NCBI GenBank assembly: GCA_051532055.1
Contig: JAOPTX010000009.1
Location: 16,262 to 80,261 of the forward strand
DNA: 64,000 nt
Direction of reading: 5' to 3'
DNA from: Fibrobacterales bacterium
GTDB lineage: Bacteria > Fibrobacterota > Fibrobacteria > Fibrobacterales > JAOPTW01
The translations under genes and the position numbers were made by a program. The notes beneath the pieces are model-generated. The model was not told where the DNA came from, did not search any database, and worked only from the letters and a program-made list of their open reading frames with translations. Shown piece by piece: positions 1-9,797 of the stretch (position 1 is its first letter; each line of letters starts with the position of its first letter).

Positions 1-244
1 CGTATGAACTGTAAATGGTATCGTTTTGAATAGTATATAAATACGGTTTTAAGGGGTGGTATAGAAATATAATATCATTATTATGAGATTGCAGAGTGTC
101 TTCTATTTTGCTTATGATTCGCAAAATAGAAGTCTACGCCCTCGTCTCGTATATTTGTCAATTTTGTCTTAAATTAAGCAAATGATATGATAAGTGCAAA
201 TGGAAATCTCTATGTAACACTGATTTTACGTCATAAATAACAAA

Positions 245-1168
245 TTACGCGAGAAAAAGCGAAGTGCTATTTCCGCCTGAATTTTTTACATCTATGAGCT
301 CTTGATTGGCTTTTCTCATGATGATATGAGAATCATGATCCTGAGGGGTTATACTGGCAATGCCGATACTGAGAGTGATAGAAATATCAGTATGTGAGGT
401 ATGCTGAAATCCCTCCATAAATCGATCTATTGCAGCGAGGGCTTCTTGAGGTTCTGTGTCAGGGAGTAATACTGCAAAATCATCGCCGCCAATACGGGCA
501 ATGGTATCTTGGGACCTGAAAAAGGTAAGAAATTCTTTTCCAAGGAACTGTATGATAGAGTCCCCTGTACTGTGTCCATAAGTACTGTTTATAGAATGGA
601 ATGAATCTATGTCGATGAGGGCGAGAGAATAAATGAGTCCAACACGTTTGAAGCGGTTAAACTCTTTATCAAGTTGTAGGTAGAATTCTCTGCTGTTGGC
701 GAGGTTCGATAGTGAGTCGTGGCCGTTAATTTTATTGTAATCAAGCTCGATCTCCTTCAAATTGGTTATGTCTTGTTCGATTATGGCTATATGGGTTATG
801 TTTTTATGTGAGTCAGTAAGAGGGATACATTGTTGATTCACCCAGTTGGTTGGCCCTGTTAGGTGTTTTTTTTCTATAGATTTTATTAATGGGGTTTGGG
901 TGTTGGAGATCTCTTTGAGTTGTTTGATGACAGATGGTTGAAGAAGGTCTTTAATAGAAAATGGGTTTTTGTAGAGAATATCGCAGCGATCAAAGCCATT
1001 CAATGTGTCAAAGGACTTATTAATATAGACAATTTTATGCTCTGGACATTTATCTGATTCACGTTCTATAATCATAACACTGTCGCTACTTTTATCAAAT
1101 ATGTCTTTAAACGAGAATGGGTATTCCATTGGGGGCTCATAGGGGTTGGTGTAGTGAGAGTATACCAC
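245..1168 (-). CDS. PAS-GGDEF protein (diguanylate cyclase family, partly degenerate)
   Basis: N-terminal PAS/PAC (IVYINKSF...G...DIL, IIEQDIT); GGDEF domain with DIDSFHSINSTYGH, RSQD I-site, ARIGGDDF, TLSIGIA. Confidence 0.85.
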   Translation of the reverse strand: MVYSHYTNPYEPPMEYPFSFKDIFDKSSDSVMIIERESDKCPEHKIVYINKSFDTLNGFDRCDILYKNPFSIKDLLQPSVIKQLKEISNTQTPLIKSIEKKHLTGPTNWVNQQCIPLTDSHKNITHIAIIEQDITNLKEIELDYNKINGHDSLSNLANSREFYLQLDKEFNRFKRVGLIYSLALIDIDSFHSINSTYGHSTGDSIIQFLGKEFLTFFRSQDTIARIGGDDFAVLLPDTEPQEALAAIDRFMEGFQHTSHTDISITLSIGIASITPQDHDSHIIMRKANQELIDVKNSGGNSTSLFLA

Positions 1169-1225
1169 CTTATATAGGGTTTGTACATGTTTATTGGGTT
1201 TATACTAAAATTGATAGGGGATTGG

Positions 1226-1678
1226 ATTGTCGACATATTGTCGACACTAATGTGTGGTTTTTATTCACTTATATTGCGCTCTTTTTATTTCAAACCTATA
1301 TTTACTTCTGTATTCGAGAGAATGCTTCTGCTCCTGCAAGGCAATTATTTCTTATACAATGTATGTATGGTTTGAATTGATGGATAGTCCTATAATCTTC
1401 CCGTCAGACAAGAAGCTCATAAGGCTGTCCATCAGTTCAGTTTAGATGTAAGATTGACATATGTACTGTTCCATATCAATCAAGGTTGCCCTTGATAACA
1501 GCACTTGCCAATGCGTACTCCCTCGTTTCGTGTTGGATCTAGGGGGTGCTGTTATCAAGGGCTTCTTGGTTTCCCAATGTAAAATGTCGACAAAGTCATC
1601 ATATAAATTATCAAATAATGTTTTCATATGCGTTTCAGAATGTATATTGTGCTTGTATTGATTGGGGAAGTGTCGATA
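1226..1678. promoter_or_regulatory. Cluster of TGTCGA(C/T)A boxes, candidate operator sites
   Basis: ATTGTCGACA at 1226-1235 and 1237-1246 (11-bp period), TGTCGACA 1585-1592, TGTCGATA 1671-1678, all in the divergent intergenic region. Confidence 0.5.
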
Positions 1679-1679
1679 G

Positions 1680-2528
1680 ATGAGGGACGAAACTACTGAA
1701 AAAAATATCTATGAATTTCTGGATTACCGGGAGTTTCTACGCTATGTATACGAATTGCGTAATCAAACATCACAATCATTCACCTATCGCTCCATTGCTC
1801 AAAAGCTTAATATGCATCATAGCTTGGTTGCCAGGATTTTTAGGGGTGAGCGCCATATTTCTGATAAAAGTATTCATGAGTTTGCAAAAGTAATTGGCCT
1901 TAAAAAGTTGAAAAGAGACTATTTCTCCCTACTGGTAACCTATGGTAAATCTGACAAGCCAGAGGTTATTAAAGAGTGTTTTGAAAAAATGATGCATTTA
2001 AAACCGGTTAAAGTGATGGTAGTCCAGGACTCCGAATATCGACTCTTTAAAAACTGGTATTCGCAAGCGATTCATGGAGTGCTCGAGTTTTTTCCATTTT
2101 CTGGAGATTATAGAGCGCTCAGTCAAAAATTAAGCCCCGCAATCACGATTTCTGAAGCCAAGGAAGGGATTGAGGTTCTTAAAAATCTTAATTTTATTGC
2201 AGAGGATGACGATGGGAATTGGCGACCTGTTAATGCTCACCTGACTTCTGGTGATCGGTGGAAATCTGCGGCGATTCATTCGTACCACAAAGAAATTCTT
2301 GCACTTGCTTCAAATTCACTTGATATTCATAGAAAAGATCAGAGAGATTTTTCATCACTTACCATTTCAATGGATTCAGAAGATGTTCCGGTAATTAAAG
2401 AAATTTTGAAAAAGACTCGTGATACTATTGTAAAAACAGTTGGGAGAAAGGATGCAGATAAAAGTGATTCTGTTTTTCAGCTCGCTCTCAATTTTTTCCC
2501 TATGAGCCGTTTGGAGGTGAAAAGATGA
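1680..2528 (+). CDS. TIGR02147 family protein (N-terminal HTH, C-terminal DUF4423), copy 1
   Basis: IYEFLDYREFL start, FTYRSIAQKL...GERHIS HTH-like segment, WYSQAI, RDFSSLT, VFQLALNFFP end. Confidence 0.85.
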   Translation: MRDETTEKNIYEFLDYREFLRYVYELRNQTSQSFTYRSIAQKLNMHHSLVARIFRGERHISDKSIHEFAKVIGLKKLKRDYFSLLVTYGKSDKPEVIKECFEKMMHLKPVKVMVVQDSEYRLFKNWYSQAIHGVLEFFPFSGDYRALSQKLSPAITISEAKEGIEVLKNLNFIAEDDDGNWRPVNAHLTSGDRWKSAAIHSYHKEILALASNSLDIHRKDQRDFSSLTISMDSEDVPVIKEILKKTRDTIVKTVGRKDADKSDSVFQLALNFFPMSRLEVKR

Positions 2529-3847
2529 GAACCTTATTACTCTATTGTTTTATGGTATGTTTTACAATCCTTATTGGGTGTAGCTTGCCCGAGCCTGGTC
2601 CCACTGCTGGAACAACAATCGAAACGACAAATGGCATTGCAGGTGTTGTGACCACTGAAAATTCAACACCTGTTGCTGCAGCGCTTATATCTATGAGGCC
2701 CAAAGGTTATTTACCTTCAACTGTGGGTACCGATAGTATAGTGGTAATGTATGAGGCGTTTTCAGATAGTATTGGATATTTCTTAATTGACTCTATTGCT
2801 GATGGTGAGTATGTTGTTGAAATTATTGCATCTGATTCCTTGGCTACCTTCTTTACCGTTACATTTTTTGGTGAACCAGAGATTGTCGAAGTTGAACCGG
2901 TTGTGTATCCTTTGTCTCAGGTGAGTGGTGGCCTTGCTGATACAACGGCAGCTATGCAAAATGGAGAAGTAAAGGTTGAAGCCTATGGGTTTGATAGGTC
3001 TACAGGTGTTGACTCTGTGGGGCGCTTTGAAATCGACCTCCCTGCCGGCGACCACACGTTACGTGTTGTATATGATTTTATGTCAAGTGAAGGGTACGAC
3101 CTCCCGCCTCTAACAACGGCGCCTGGTAGTGTAGTGATTCTTGATTCTCTAGATAAGACCTCCTTAAGTAGTTCCTCTGTGATACATGAGAATGTGTCGA
3201 GTTCAATAAATCAAGAAGAGGTTGAATCAAGTGAATGGTTTTATGTTGATAGTAATGAGACGACTTCTTCACTTGTGTATCATGCGATTATTGATGATTA
3301 TTTTACTGGTGATGAGAGTCGGGAGCTCACACAAGATGCTTCGCTCTTTAATCCACAGGGAGAAAGTTATACTGTTCTTTTTAGTTTCCAATATTCAGGG
3401 GTTGTGCCTGAGCATCAGTATATATTAACAAAGGGAAATGCTGAAAATCACGATGAGGGCTGGAGTTTTTCTATAGAAGAGAAAAGTCTCTTTTTTAGAG
3501 TAAATAGTTCTAATACAATGGAGAGGAGGGCGGGGGTGTACATGGATGTATCAGGTCTGTCGCTGGATAGCCTCTCGCTCATTGTTGGTGTGGTTGACCG
3601 TCAAACACAAACGATACGATGCTATCTTAATGGGCAAGAATCGTGCTGGTATGTCGGTGGTATTGGTACTGAAACAAATAGTATTTCAGGGTTTGGCTCT
3701 ATCAGCGCGAATGCTCCTCTGGTTGTTGGAGGGGGGTACCAACAGGATAGTGCTTATTTTTCAGGGATGGTATCAGAAATTCAAATTTACAATTATGCAT
3801 TACACCCAGAAGAGATACTCAACATTTCTAAGGAATTAACGAGGTAA
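2525..3847 (+). CDS. Lipoprotein: carboxypeptidase-regulatory-like beta-sandwiches + C-terminal LamG/ConA-like domain
   Basis: Lipobox LIGC; AGTTIETTNGIAG motif; C-terminal YLNG...LVVGG...FSGMVSEIQIYNYAL; ATGA overlap with upstream gene. Confidence 0.75.
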   Translation: MRTLLLYCFMVCFTILIGCSLPEPGPTAGTTIETTNGIAGVVTTENSTPVAAALISMRPKGYLPSTVGTDSIVVMYEAFSDSIGYFLIDSIADGEYVVEIIASDSLATFFTVTFFGEPEIVEVEPVVYPLSQVSGGLADTTAAMQNGEVKVEAYGFDRSTGVDSVGRFEIDLPAGDHTLRVVYDFMSSEGYDLPPLTTAPGSVVILDSLDKTSLSSSSVIHENVSSSINQEEVESSEWFYVDSNETTSSLVYHAIIDDYFTGDESRELTQDASLFNPQGESYTVLFSFQYSGVVPEHQYILTKGNAENHDEGWSFSIEEKSLFFRVNSSNTMERRAGVYMDVSGLSLDSLSLIVGVVDRQTQTIRCYLNGQESCWYVGGIGTETNSISGFGSISANAPLVVGGGYQQDSAYFSGMVSEIQIYNYALHPEEILNISKELTR

Positions 3848-4048
3848 TAGAAGTCCCTTTCTTTTGGATGGCTAATTTTGTGATTTACTAAAAGCCTTTA
3901 AATATTGTTTTTGGGCTAAAGTATGAAATAAAACACTATGAACTCAATGTAAACTTTAGTTAACTTAGTGTTTTAAATACACTATTATATTTCCAAAATA
4001 TAACTTATAAATAGGGTATCGGGGGATACTGAGAATTTGGGGTAGGTT

Positions 4049-4444
4049 ATGTATTTTTCAAAAAAAATGTCATATTCAATTATCATTGCTATTTGCGTAA
4101 TTGGGCTTGGGACATCAAGTATTCTTCTTGCTGAGGGAGACCTTGCATTACTCAATAGTTCAGCTTATTATCAGAAGAATGTGGTGAAAGGAGCGCACAC
4201 TTCATCAATCGAAATGGGGCTTAATAGAGTGATTCATATCAATAACTCAGTAAGTAGTATTGAGTTTATAAATACATTGAATGGGAGTACAACAGTTTCT
4301 ATTTCAAATTCATATAAACGATTTGCTTTTTTTACGGTAACTGGGGGCTTAATTGGACAAGGTACTACACAGGGGACCACCTCATTGACTGTACCAGAAT
4401 ATGCTTCACCAGGATTGATTTGTTTAAAGCTTATGGCAGAGTAA
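4049..4444 (+). CDS. Hypothetical secreted protein
   Basis: 131 aa, N-terminal hydrophobic signal, no motif recognised. Confidence 0.55.
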   Translation: MYFSKKMSYSIIIAICVIGLGTSSILLAEGDLALLNSSAYYQKNVVKGAHTSSIEMGLNRVIHINNSVSSIEFINTLNGSTTVSISNSYKRFAFFTVTGGLIGQGTTQGTTSLTVPEYASPGLICLKLMAE

Positions 4445-4657
4445 CGAATATTTAGTTGAGCCGTACATTATTTTGACTCCTTCTCTTGTAAGTTATTTCA
4501 TATTTATACTATCAGTCTCTTTTAATCAGAGTAATTTTAAATCAATGTAACTCTATTGTTTCATAAGCTATATTTGTTGGTGACTGGTGAGTCATTTTTT
4601 GTTTAATATAGTGATAGGTGTCAAAAAAGGGCTTGTAACGCATTATAATGTTATTAT

Positions 4658-5239
4658 TTGGCTATGAAGAAAATTTTTATTGTTGAAGACGAAATCGTAG
4701 TGGCTAAGGAGCTAGAAGAAATACTTATACGAGCTGAGTATGACGTTGTTGGCATAGCTATGTCTTTTAATGCGGCAATTAACAAGCTTTCTAAAGTAGT
4801 TCCCGACCTTATTCTCTGTGATATTAATTTAAATGGTGATGAAAATGGTCTTGATTTAATGCAAGAAATTCAACAGCATAGTGGGATTCCATTTATTTTA
4901 ATGTCTGCTCATACTGATAATGAAATATTAAATAGGGCTTCGGAACTTGCGCCTATTAATTATCTTACAAAGCCGTATAGCGAAGCGCAATTGATCACAA
5001 GTATTGCGATGGCCGCAGGGGCAACAGAATCCTTTGATAAGCCCACTAAAAGAGAAAAGTCTATATTACAGCTTCTAGCTCAAGGCAAGAATAGTAAAGT
5101 AATTGGTGAGGAGATTGGCCTCTCTTTTCATACCGTCGAAACCCATCGAAAAAATATGATGAAAAAATATAATGTTAAATCATCAGCTGAACTCATGTGT
5201 TTGGCAACTTCTAAAAAATGGATTACTTTTTCGGCTTAA
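4658..5239 (+). CDS. Response regulator, REC + LuxR/NarL HTH (start may be ATG 4664)
   Basis: IFIVEDE, DLILCDINL, YLTKP; TKREKSILQLLAQG...LSFHTVETHRKNMMKK. Confidence 0.9.
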   Translation: MAMKKIFIVEDEIVVAKELEEILIRAEYDVVGIAMSFNAAINKLSKVVPDLILCDINLNGDENGLDLMQEIQQHSGIPFILMSAHTDNEILNRASELAPINYLTKPYSEAQLITSIAMAAGATESFDKPTKREKSILQLLAQGKNSKVIGEEIGLSFHTVETHRKNMMKKYNVKSSAELMCLATSKKWITFSA

Positions 5240-5299
5240 CGTTACTTTTTAACAGTATATTGCCATTTTTTTATACAATTATTCTGAAAATGTGCAAAA

Positions 5300-5319
5300 A
5301 ATACCCAGATTCAGGTATT
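5300..5319. promoter_or_regulatory. Inverted repeat AATACC-N8-GGTATT, NarL/LuxR-type 7-2-7 candidate site
   Basis: TACCCAG-AT-TCAGGTA about 60 bp downstream of the LuxR-type regulator. Confidence 0.45.
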
Positions 5320-5378
5320 GTGAATAGGTCTTATTGGACCTATTTTTAATGTTGTCCTTATTTTTCCAGGAGGAAAGG

Positions 5379-5438
5379 GTGCATTATTCACAAATGAGCA
5401 TGGTCGGCTCCTCTACTGAAACGACTTCATATTCTTAA
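5379..5438 (+). CDS. Putative 19-aa peptide MHYSQMSMVGSSTETTSYS (or part of an sRNA)
   Basis: AGGAGG at 5368-5373, 5 nt before GTG; TAA at 5436-5438; strong terminator follows. Confidence 0.35.
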   Translation: MHYSQMSMVGSSTETTSYS

Positions 5439-5469
5439 TTAATTTGTAAAACTAAAATTCCTATTTTTT

Positions 5470-5506
5470 AAAAAGCGGCTACTCTCATAAAGTAGCCGCT
5501 TTTTTT
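5470..5506 (+). terminator. Intrinsic terminator
   Basis: AAAAGCGGCTACT/AGTAGCCGCTTTT stem followed by T run. Confidence 0.8.
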
Positions 5507-5778
5507 ATGCATTTATAAATGTCAACAAATAGGGTGAAATGTCATCGGAAAAACCATGGGTATCCGCAATTTACTATGCCGAAGGGTTCATAAATCATAT
5601 TTTAGTATGTGAGGGAAGTACAATCATTGCACTTAAAAAACAGAAGAGGGGTATCTTCAAAATATTGATCTGATACGATGTGAATTAAATCGATGGTGAG
5701 CTGAGTTTAAAGGCTCATTGGGTAATGCCACATTAGGTCAATTTTGGAAATAACTCTTAGTTTTAGGGATACAAAATC

Positions 5779-8685
5779 ATGAATTATTTACCGATTATAC
5801 GAGCAGTACTCATTGTTACTCTATTTGCTGGATTCGCTGCAAAATCGATCTTTGCCCAAACATTGGATGATACTATTGATGAATATATCTCAGGTATGAA
5901 TATCCAAGATAAGTTGTGGCAAATTGCAAATAACGGATATATGTCCACTGGAGATCATGATATCCAAGGGGTCCCAGGCATGCTGTTTAATGATGGGCCT
6001 CACGGTGTTCGTGCGGCGGCCCTCGGATGGATACCCGATGCAACTTCATTTCCATTACCTATTGGAATGGCTGCAATGTGGGATAGGCCTATGTGGTATG
6101 ATCTCGGTGTGGCAATTGCCGAAGAGTTTCAGGGGTATAATATAGATGTGATGCTTGGTCCGAGTATGGATCTCTCGCATAACCCTCAAAATGGACGCAC
6201 CGGTGAAACGGCTGGAGAGGATCCTTATTTGACGAGTCAATTTGCAATTAATGTAGTGCAAGGGGTGCAATCTCTCCCCGTTGTGGCAACAATTAAGCAC
6301 TATTTAGGGGTTAATAAGCAGAATGACCGCCATGGGAGCGATATTACCATGACTGAGCAACAGTTGATGGATCATCATGGGTACCACTATCGTAGAGCTA
6401 TTCAAGAGGGAGGGGCAATGGCTGTGATGTCTTCGTATAATCTGGTGAATGGTGTACACACCTCTGAAAATGAACTGACGCTTAAAGAAATTTTGAAAAA
6501 ACGTTGGGGCTACCCCTTTCTCGTAATGACAGATTGGTGGTCGGTTTATAATGGTGCAAATACCATCAATGCAGGAAATGACCTCTGTATGGGGAGTGAA
6601 GATTTTGGTGAAGAATTGATGATGCCAAATATCGAGAGTGGCGCAGTAAAAGAGGAAACAGTAGATAAGGCAGTAGCACGAGTGCTCAAAGTAAAAATGC
6701 TTACAGGGCTTTTAGATGATGGATATCCCGATCCGGATGAATCAAAAATTAATACAAGAGAGCATCAAGAGTTGGCGCGACGTGCAGATGAGAAAGGGAT
6801 GGTACTTCTAAAAAATAATGATGGAATTTTGCCTTTTCCTAGAGATAAAAAAATTGCCATTATTGGCCCAAGTTCAGATGTGGCCCGTACGAATATTGGG
6901 GGCTCGTCCAACTTGACAACTCCTTATAACGTAGGTCCAAAAGAGGGTATTGAGGCACTGATCGGATCAGAAAATATTACACATGTATTAGGCTGTGCGC
7001 TCGATGGTGATGATCGTTCGGGGTTTGATGAAGCGAAAGAAGTGGCAAAGAATGCTGACTATGTTCTCTTTTTTGGTGGATTGAATGATCAGATTGAAGG
7101 AGAAATGGGTCATGAAGGTGATTCGCCTGGTGATAGAACCACAAATGACTTTCAGACACCTACAATTCAACGTGAACTCATTAAAGAACTTGCAGCAGTA
7201 AACCCAAATATCGTAGTAGTTTTGCAGAGTGGTGGTGTTCTCGGAGTTACTGATTATATCGATACCATTAAAGGTCTTCTTTACAGTTTTTATACGAGTC
7301 AGGAAGGAGGGAACGCTTTCGCAAATGTTCTATTTGGTGAAGTAAATCCCGCAGGGCGTATGCCTGTTACCATGGCTGTTGATGAAGATGATATGCCTGA
7401 GTGGAACGAAGATTTCACAGATGATTTTAATGATGGTTACCGTTGGTTTGATGAAAAAGGGACCGATATTCAGTATGCTTTTGGGTTTGGTTTAAGTTAT
7501 ACGACCTTTGAATATAGTAACCTTACGTTAAATCCTGCACACCCTCAAGCAGGAGATAGAGTTACAGTAATGTTTGACGTGAAGAACAGTGGGAGTGTTG
7601 ATGGTGAAGATGTGCCACAACTCTATTTTAGTAATCATGGGAGTGCCGTGTGGCATCCTAAAAAAGAGCTGAAAAATTTTCAGCGAGTAGCAATAGCGGC
7701 CGGGCAAACGAAAAATATTACGATGATTATTGATAGTGAAGATCTTTTCTATTATGACCTCGCTAAGGGGCAATACAGTGTAGAGCCTGGGAGATATACA
7801 GTTAAGGTGGGGCCTTCCTCTGATAGTCTCCCACTTGTCGCTGAACTAGATTATACGGCAGGTGAAGAAAAATCAGATCTTCGTCCTATTACACTCTACA
7901 CTTACCCGCGTTATCCAAATGATGGCGAGGAGGTGCTCTTTGTGGCGACTATAAAAAATTATGGAACTGAAAAAACTAATGCGGGAAATATTGTAGTTAA
8001 GTGGAGTGTTGATGGTGAGGACATAGCATTTTCTGCTCCTCTTTCAGAATCGCTCCTTCCAGGGCAAATGACGATGGTAAGTAGCGACCCATCCCTAGCT
8101 TCTTCGGCGAAATGGAGCTATAATTCAGGCGCGACTATTACGGTCATGGTGGATGCAAACGAAGTTGAGTCTGAGCTCTATGAGCAGAACAATAGTAGGG
8201 ACTATACGATTCCTCATACGGGAGCATTTAAAAAGGCGGCGCTATACCATGAAAAAATTATTAGGGATGCTCCAAGTAGTTCTTCAGAGGGGGAATTGTT
8301 ATCCAGTTCACTTATGAGTTCATCAAGCGGTGATCTTCCGCTTGAAAGTAGTGATGTTGAGGAGTCCTCAGCTCAAGAGGGTGAAAGGAACGATGACGAG
8401 AGTAGCGAGGTAGAGAGTAGTACGACACCAATCATAGGGGCTTCTCAGGGTAGGGAGTATGTAGATTTGAGAGCAAATACATTAACAGTTTCCTTGAGTA
8501 CAGACTTAGCTGTTTATGCGGTATTGCTGTACTCGGTTCATGGTGATAAAGTGGCCGAGTATCAAATGAATGCTGATGGCTTTCTTAAGCGTAATGTATC
8601 TCATCTAGTGGATGGGCCTTATGTGGTATCTATCCGAGAGGCAGCCAAAGAACAGACCTTTCTTGTCCTTAAAGTATCTCAGTAA
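5779..8685 (+). CDS. Secreted GH3 beta-glucosidase-like enzyme with Fn3-like, CARDB-like, Ser-rich linker and T9SS-like C-terminal domain
   Basis: DGPHGVR, GRTGETAGEDP, IKHY, MSSYN, VMTDW nucleophile, MVLLKN, FGFGLSYTTF; C-terminal LYSVHGDKV...GPYVVSI. Confidence 0.9.
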   Translation: MNYLPIIRAVLIVTLFAGFAAKSIFAQTLDDTIDEYISGMNIQDKLWQIANNGYMSTGDHDIQGVPGMLFNDGPHGVRAAALGWIPDATSFPLPIGMAAMWDRPMWYDLGVAIAEEFQGYNIDVMLGPSMDLSHNPQNGRTGETAGEDPYLTSQFAINVVQGVQSLPVVATIKHYLGVNKQNDRHGSDITMTEQQLMDHHGYHYRRAIQEGGAMAVMSSYNLVNGVHTSENELTLKEILKKRWGYPFLVMTDWWSVYNGANTINAGNDLCMGSEDFGEELMMPNIESGAVKEETVDKAVARVLKVKMLTGLLDDGYPDPDESKINTREHQELARRADEKGMVLLKNNDGILPFPRDKKIAIIGPSSDVARTNIGGSSNLTTPYNVGPKEGIEALIGSENITHVLGCALDGDDRSGFDEAKEVAKNADYVLFFGGLNDQIEGEMGHEGDSPGDRTTNDFQTPTIQRELIKELAAVNPNIVVVLQSGGVLGVTDYIDTIKGLLYSFYTSQEGGNAFANVLFGEVNPAGRMPVTMAVDEDDMPEWNEDFTDDFNDGYRWFDEKGTDIQYAFGFGLSYTTFEYSNLTLNPAHPQAGDRVTVMFDVKNSGSVDGEDVPQLYFSNHGSAVWHPKKELKNFQRVAIAAGQTKNITMIIDSEDLFYYDLAKGQYSVEPGRYTVKVGPSSDSLPLVAELDYTAGEEKSDLRPITLYTYPRYPNDGEEVLFVATIKNYGTEKTNAGNIVVKWSVDGEDIAFSAPLSESLLPGQMTMVSSDPSLASSAKWSYNSGATITVMVDANEVESELYEQNNSRDYTIPHTGAFKKAALYHEKIIRDAPSSSSEGELLSSSLMSSSSGDLPLESSDVEESSAQEGERNDDESSEVESSTTPIIGASQGREYVDLRANTLTVSLSTDLAVYAVLLYSVHGDKVAEYQMNADGFLKRNVSHLVDGPYVVSIREAAKEQTFLVLKVSQ

Positions 8686-8957
8686 TATCAAATTACTATC
8701 ATTGAGCTTTTCGAAGCTCAATGATGATTTTGAGTAATCATGTAATTGTAAATATTCCATGATACTGCTTAAAAAAAATGACTTATTTCTTACATTTATA
8801 TATTTAGTTAGCTCAAAAAACTCTAGGTTTGTATTTTGTCTATGGCTATAGAGTTCTCTAGCTCGTTGTTTTGTAAACTTACGTGTTATTTTTACAGTAT
8901 GTTTCCAAAATGAATGCATTGTAACTAAATTTTACTCTCCGAGAGAGGGATTTTGGA

Positions 8958-9797
8958 ATGGACACACCGAACATTTTTAGCTATCGAAATTATCGAGAGT
9001 ATTTAAAAGAGTATCATGCTTTTCGAAAAAGCATTGATAAAGCTTTTTCTCATCGGTCGTTTGCAAAAAAAGCAGGGTATAGTTCATCGGGTTTTTACTC
9101 CAATGTTGTTCATGGCGTGCACAACCTTACAAAACGCTATATCCCTTTGTTCATAAATGGTCTTGAGCTCCTAGGTGATGATGCGCTTTACTTTGAATTG
9201 ATGGTACATTATACTCACGCTGATTCGCCACAGAGTAAACAGATCTACTTGGAGCAGATGATTGACTTAATGCCAAAGACGGTTAAAATGCTCAAACAGA
9301 ACCAGAGTGCCTTTTATGAAACATGGTATCATGCGGTTGTATTGGCGGCTCTAACCATCATTGATATTGTTGATGAGTACCAAGAACTTGCTCAATTTAT
9401 TAATCCTCCAATTAAAAAATTAGAAGCCAAGCGTTCTCTTCTACTGCTTAAAGAATTAAAGCTTATTGATAAGGATGACCAGGGGTTTTATAAGCCTGTT
9501 GATCAGAAGCTCTTTGGTGGTGAGGAGGTTGGAGTGTTTAAAATTCATCAGTTTCAATCGCAAATGATGACTCGTGCAATGCAGGCACAGGAGATGTTTA
9601 CACCAAAAGAACGGTATATTACTACAAAAACTATTTCTGCTTCGAAAGATGGATTAGAACGAATAAAAAAAATGGCTCACTCTTTCGCACTAGAGGTTGA
9701 TAGAATATCTCATGCTGATGTTAATTCTGATCAGGTGCTTCAGCTTAATGTACAGTGTTTTCCATTGACCCAAAGCCGAGAGGGGTATGATGAATAG
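8958..9797 (+). CDS. TIGR02147 family protein, copy 2
   Basis: IFSYRNYREYL, FSHRSFAKKAGYSS, WYHAVV, VLQLNVQCFPLT. Confidence 0.85.
   Translation: MDTPNIFSYRNYREYLKEYHAFRKSIDKAFSHRSFAKKAGYSSSGFYSNVVHGVHNLTKRYIPLFINGLELLGDDALYFELMVHYTHADSPQSKQIYLEQMIDLMPKTVKMLKQNQSAFYETWYHAVVLAALTIIDIVDEYQELAQFINPPIKKLEAKRSLLLLKELKLIDKDDQGFYKPVDQKLFGGEEVGVFKIHQFQSQMMTRAMQAQEMFTPKERYITTKTISASKDGLERIKKMAHSFALEVDRISHADVNSDQVLQLNVQCFPLTQSREGYDE

Noticed and set aside
1442..1627. 61-aa minus-strand ORF
   Set aside because: No recognisable motif or SD, and it overlaps candidate operator DNA; cannot be supported.
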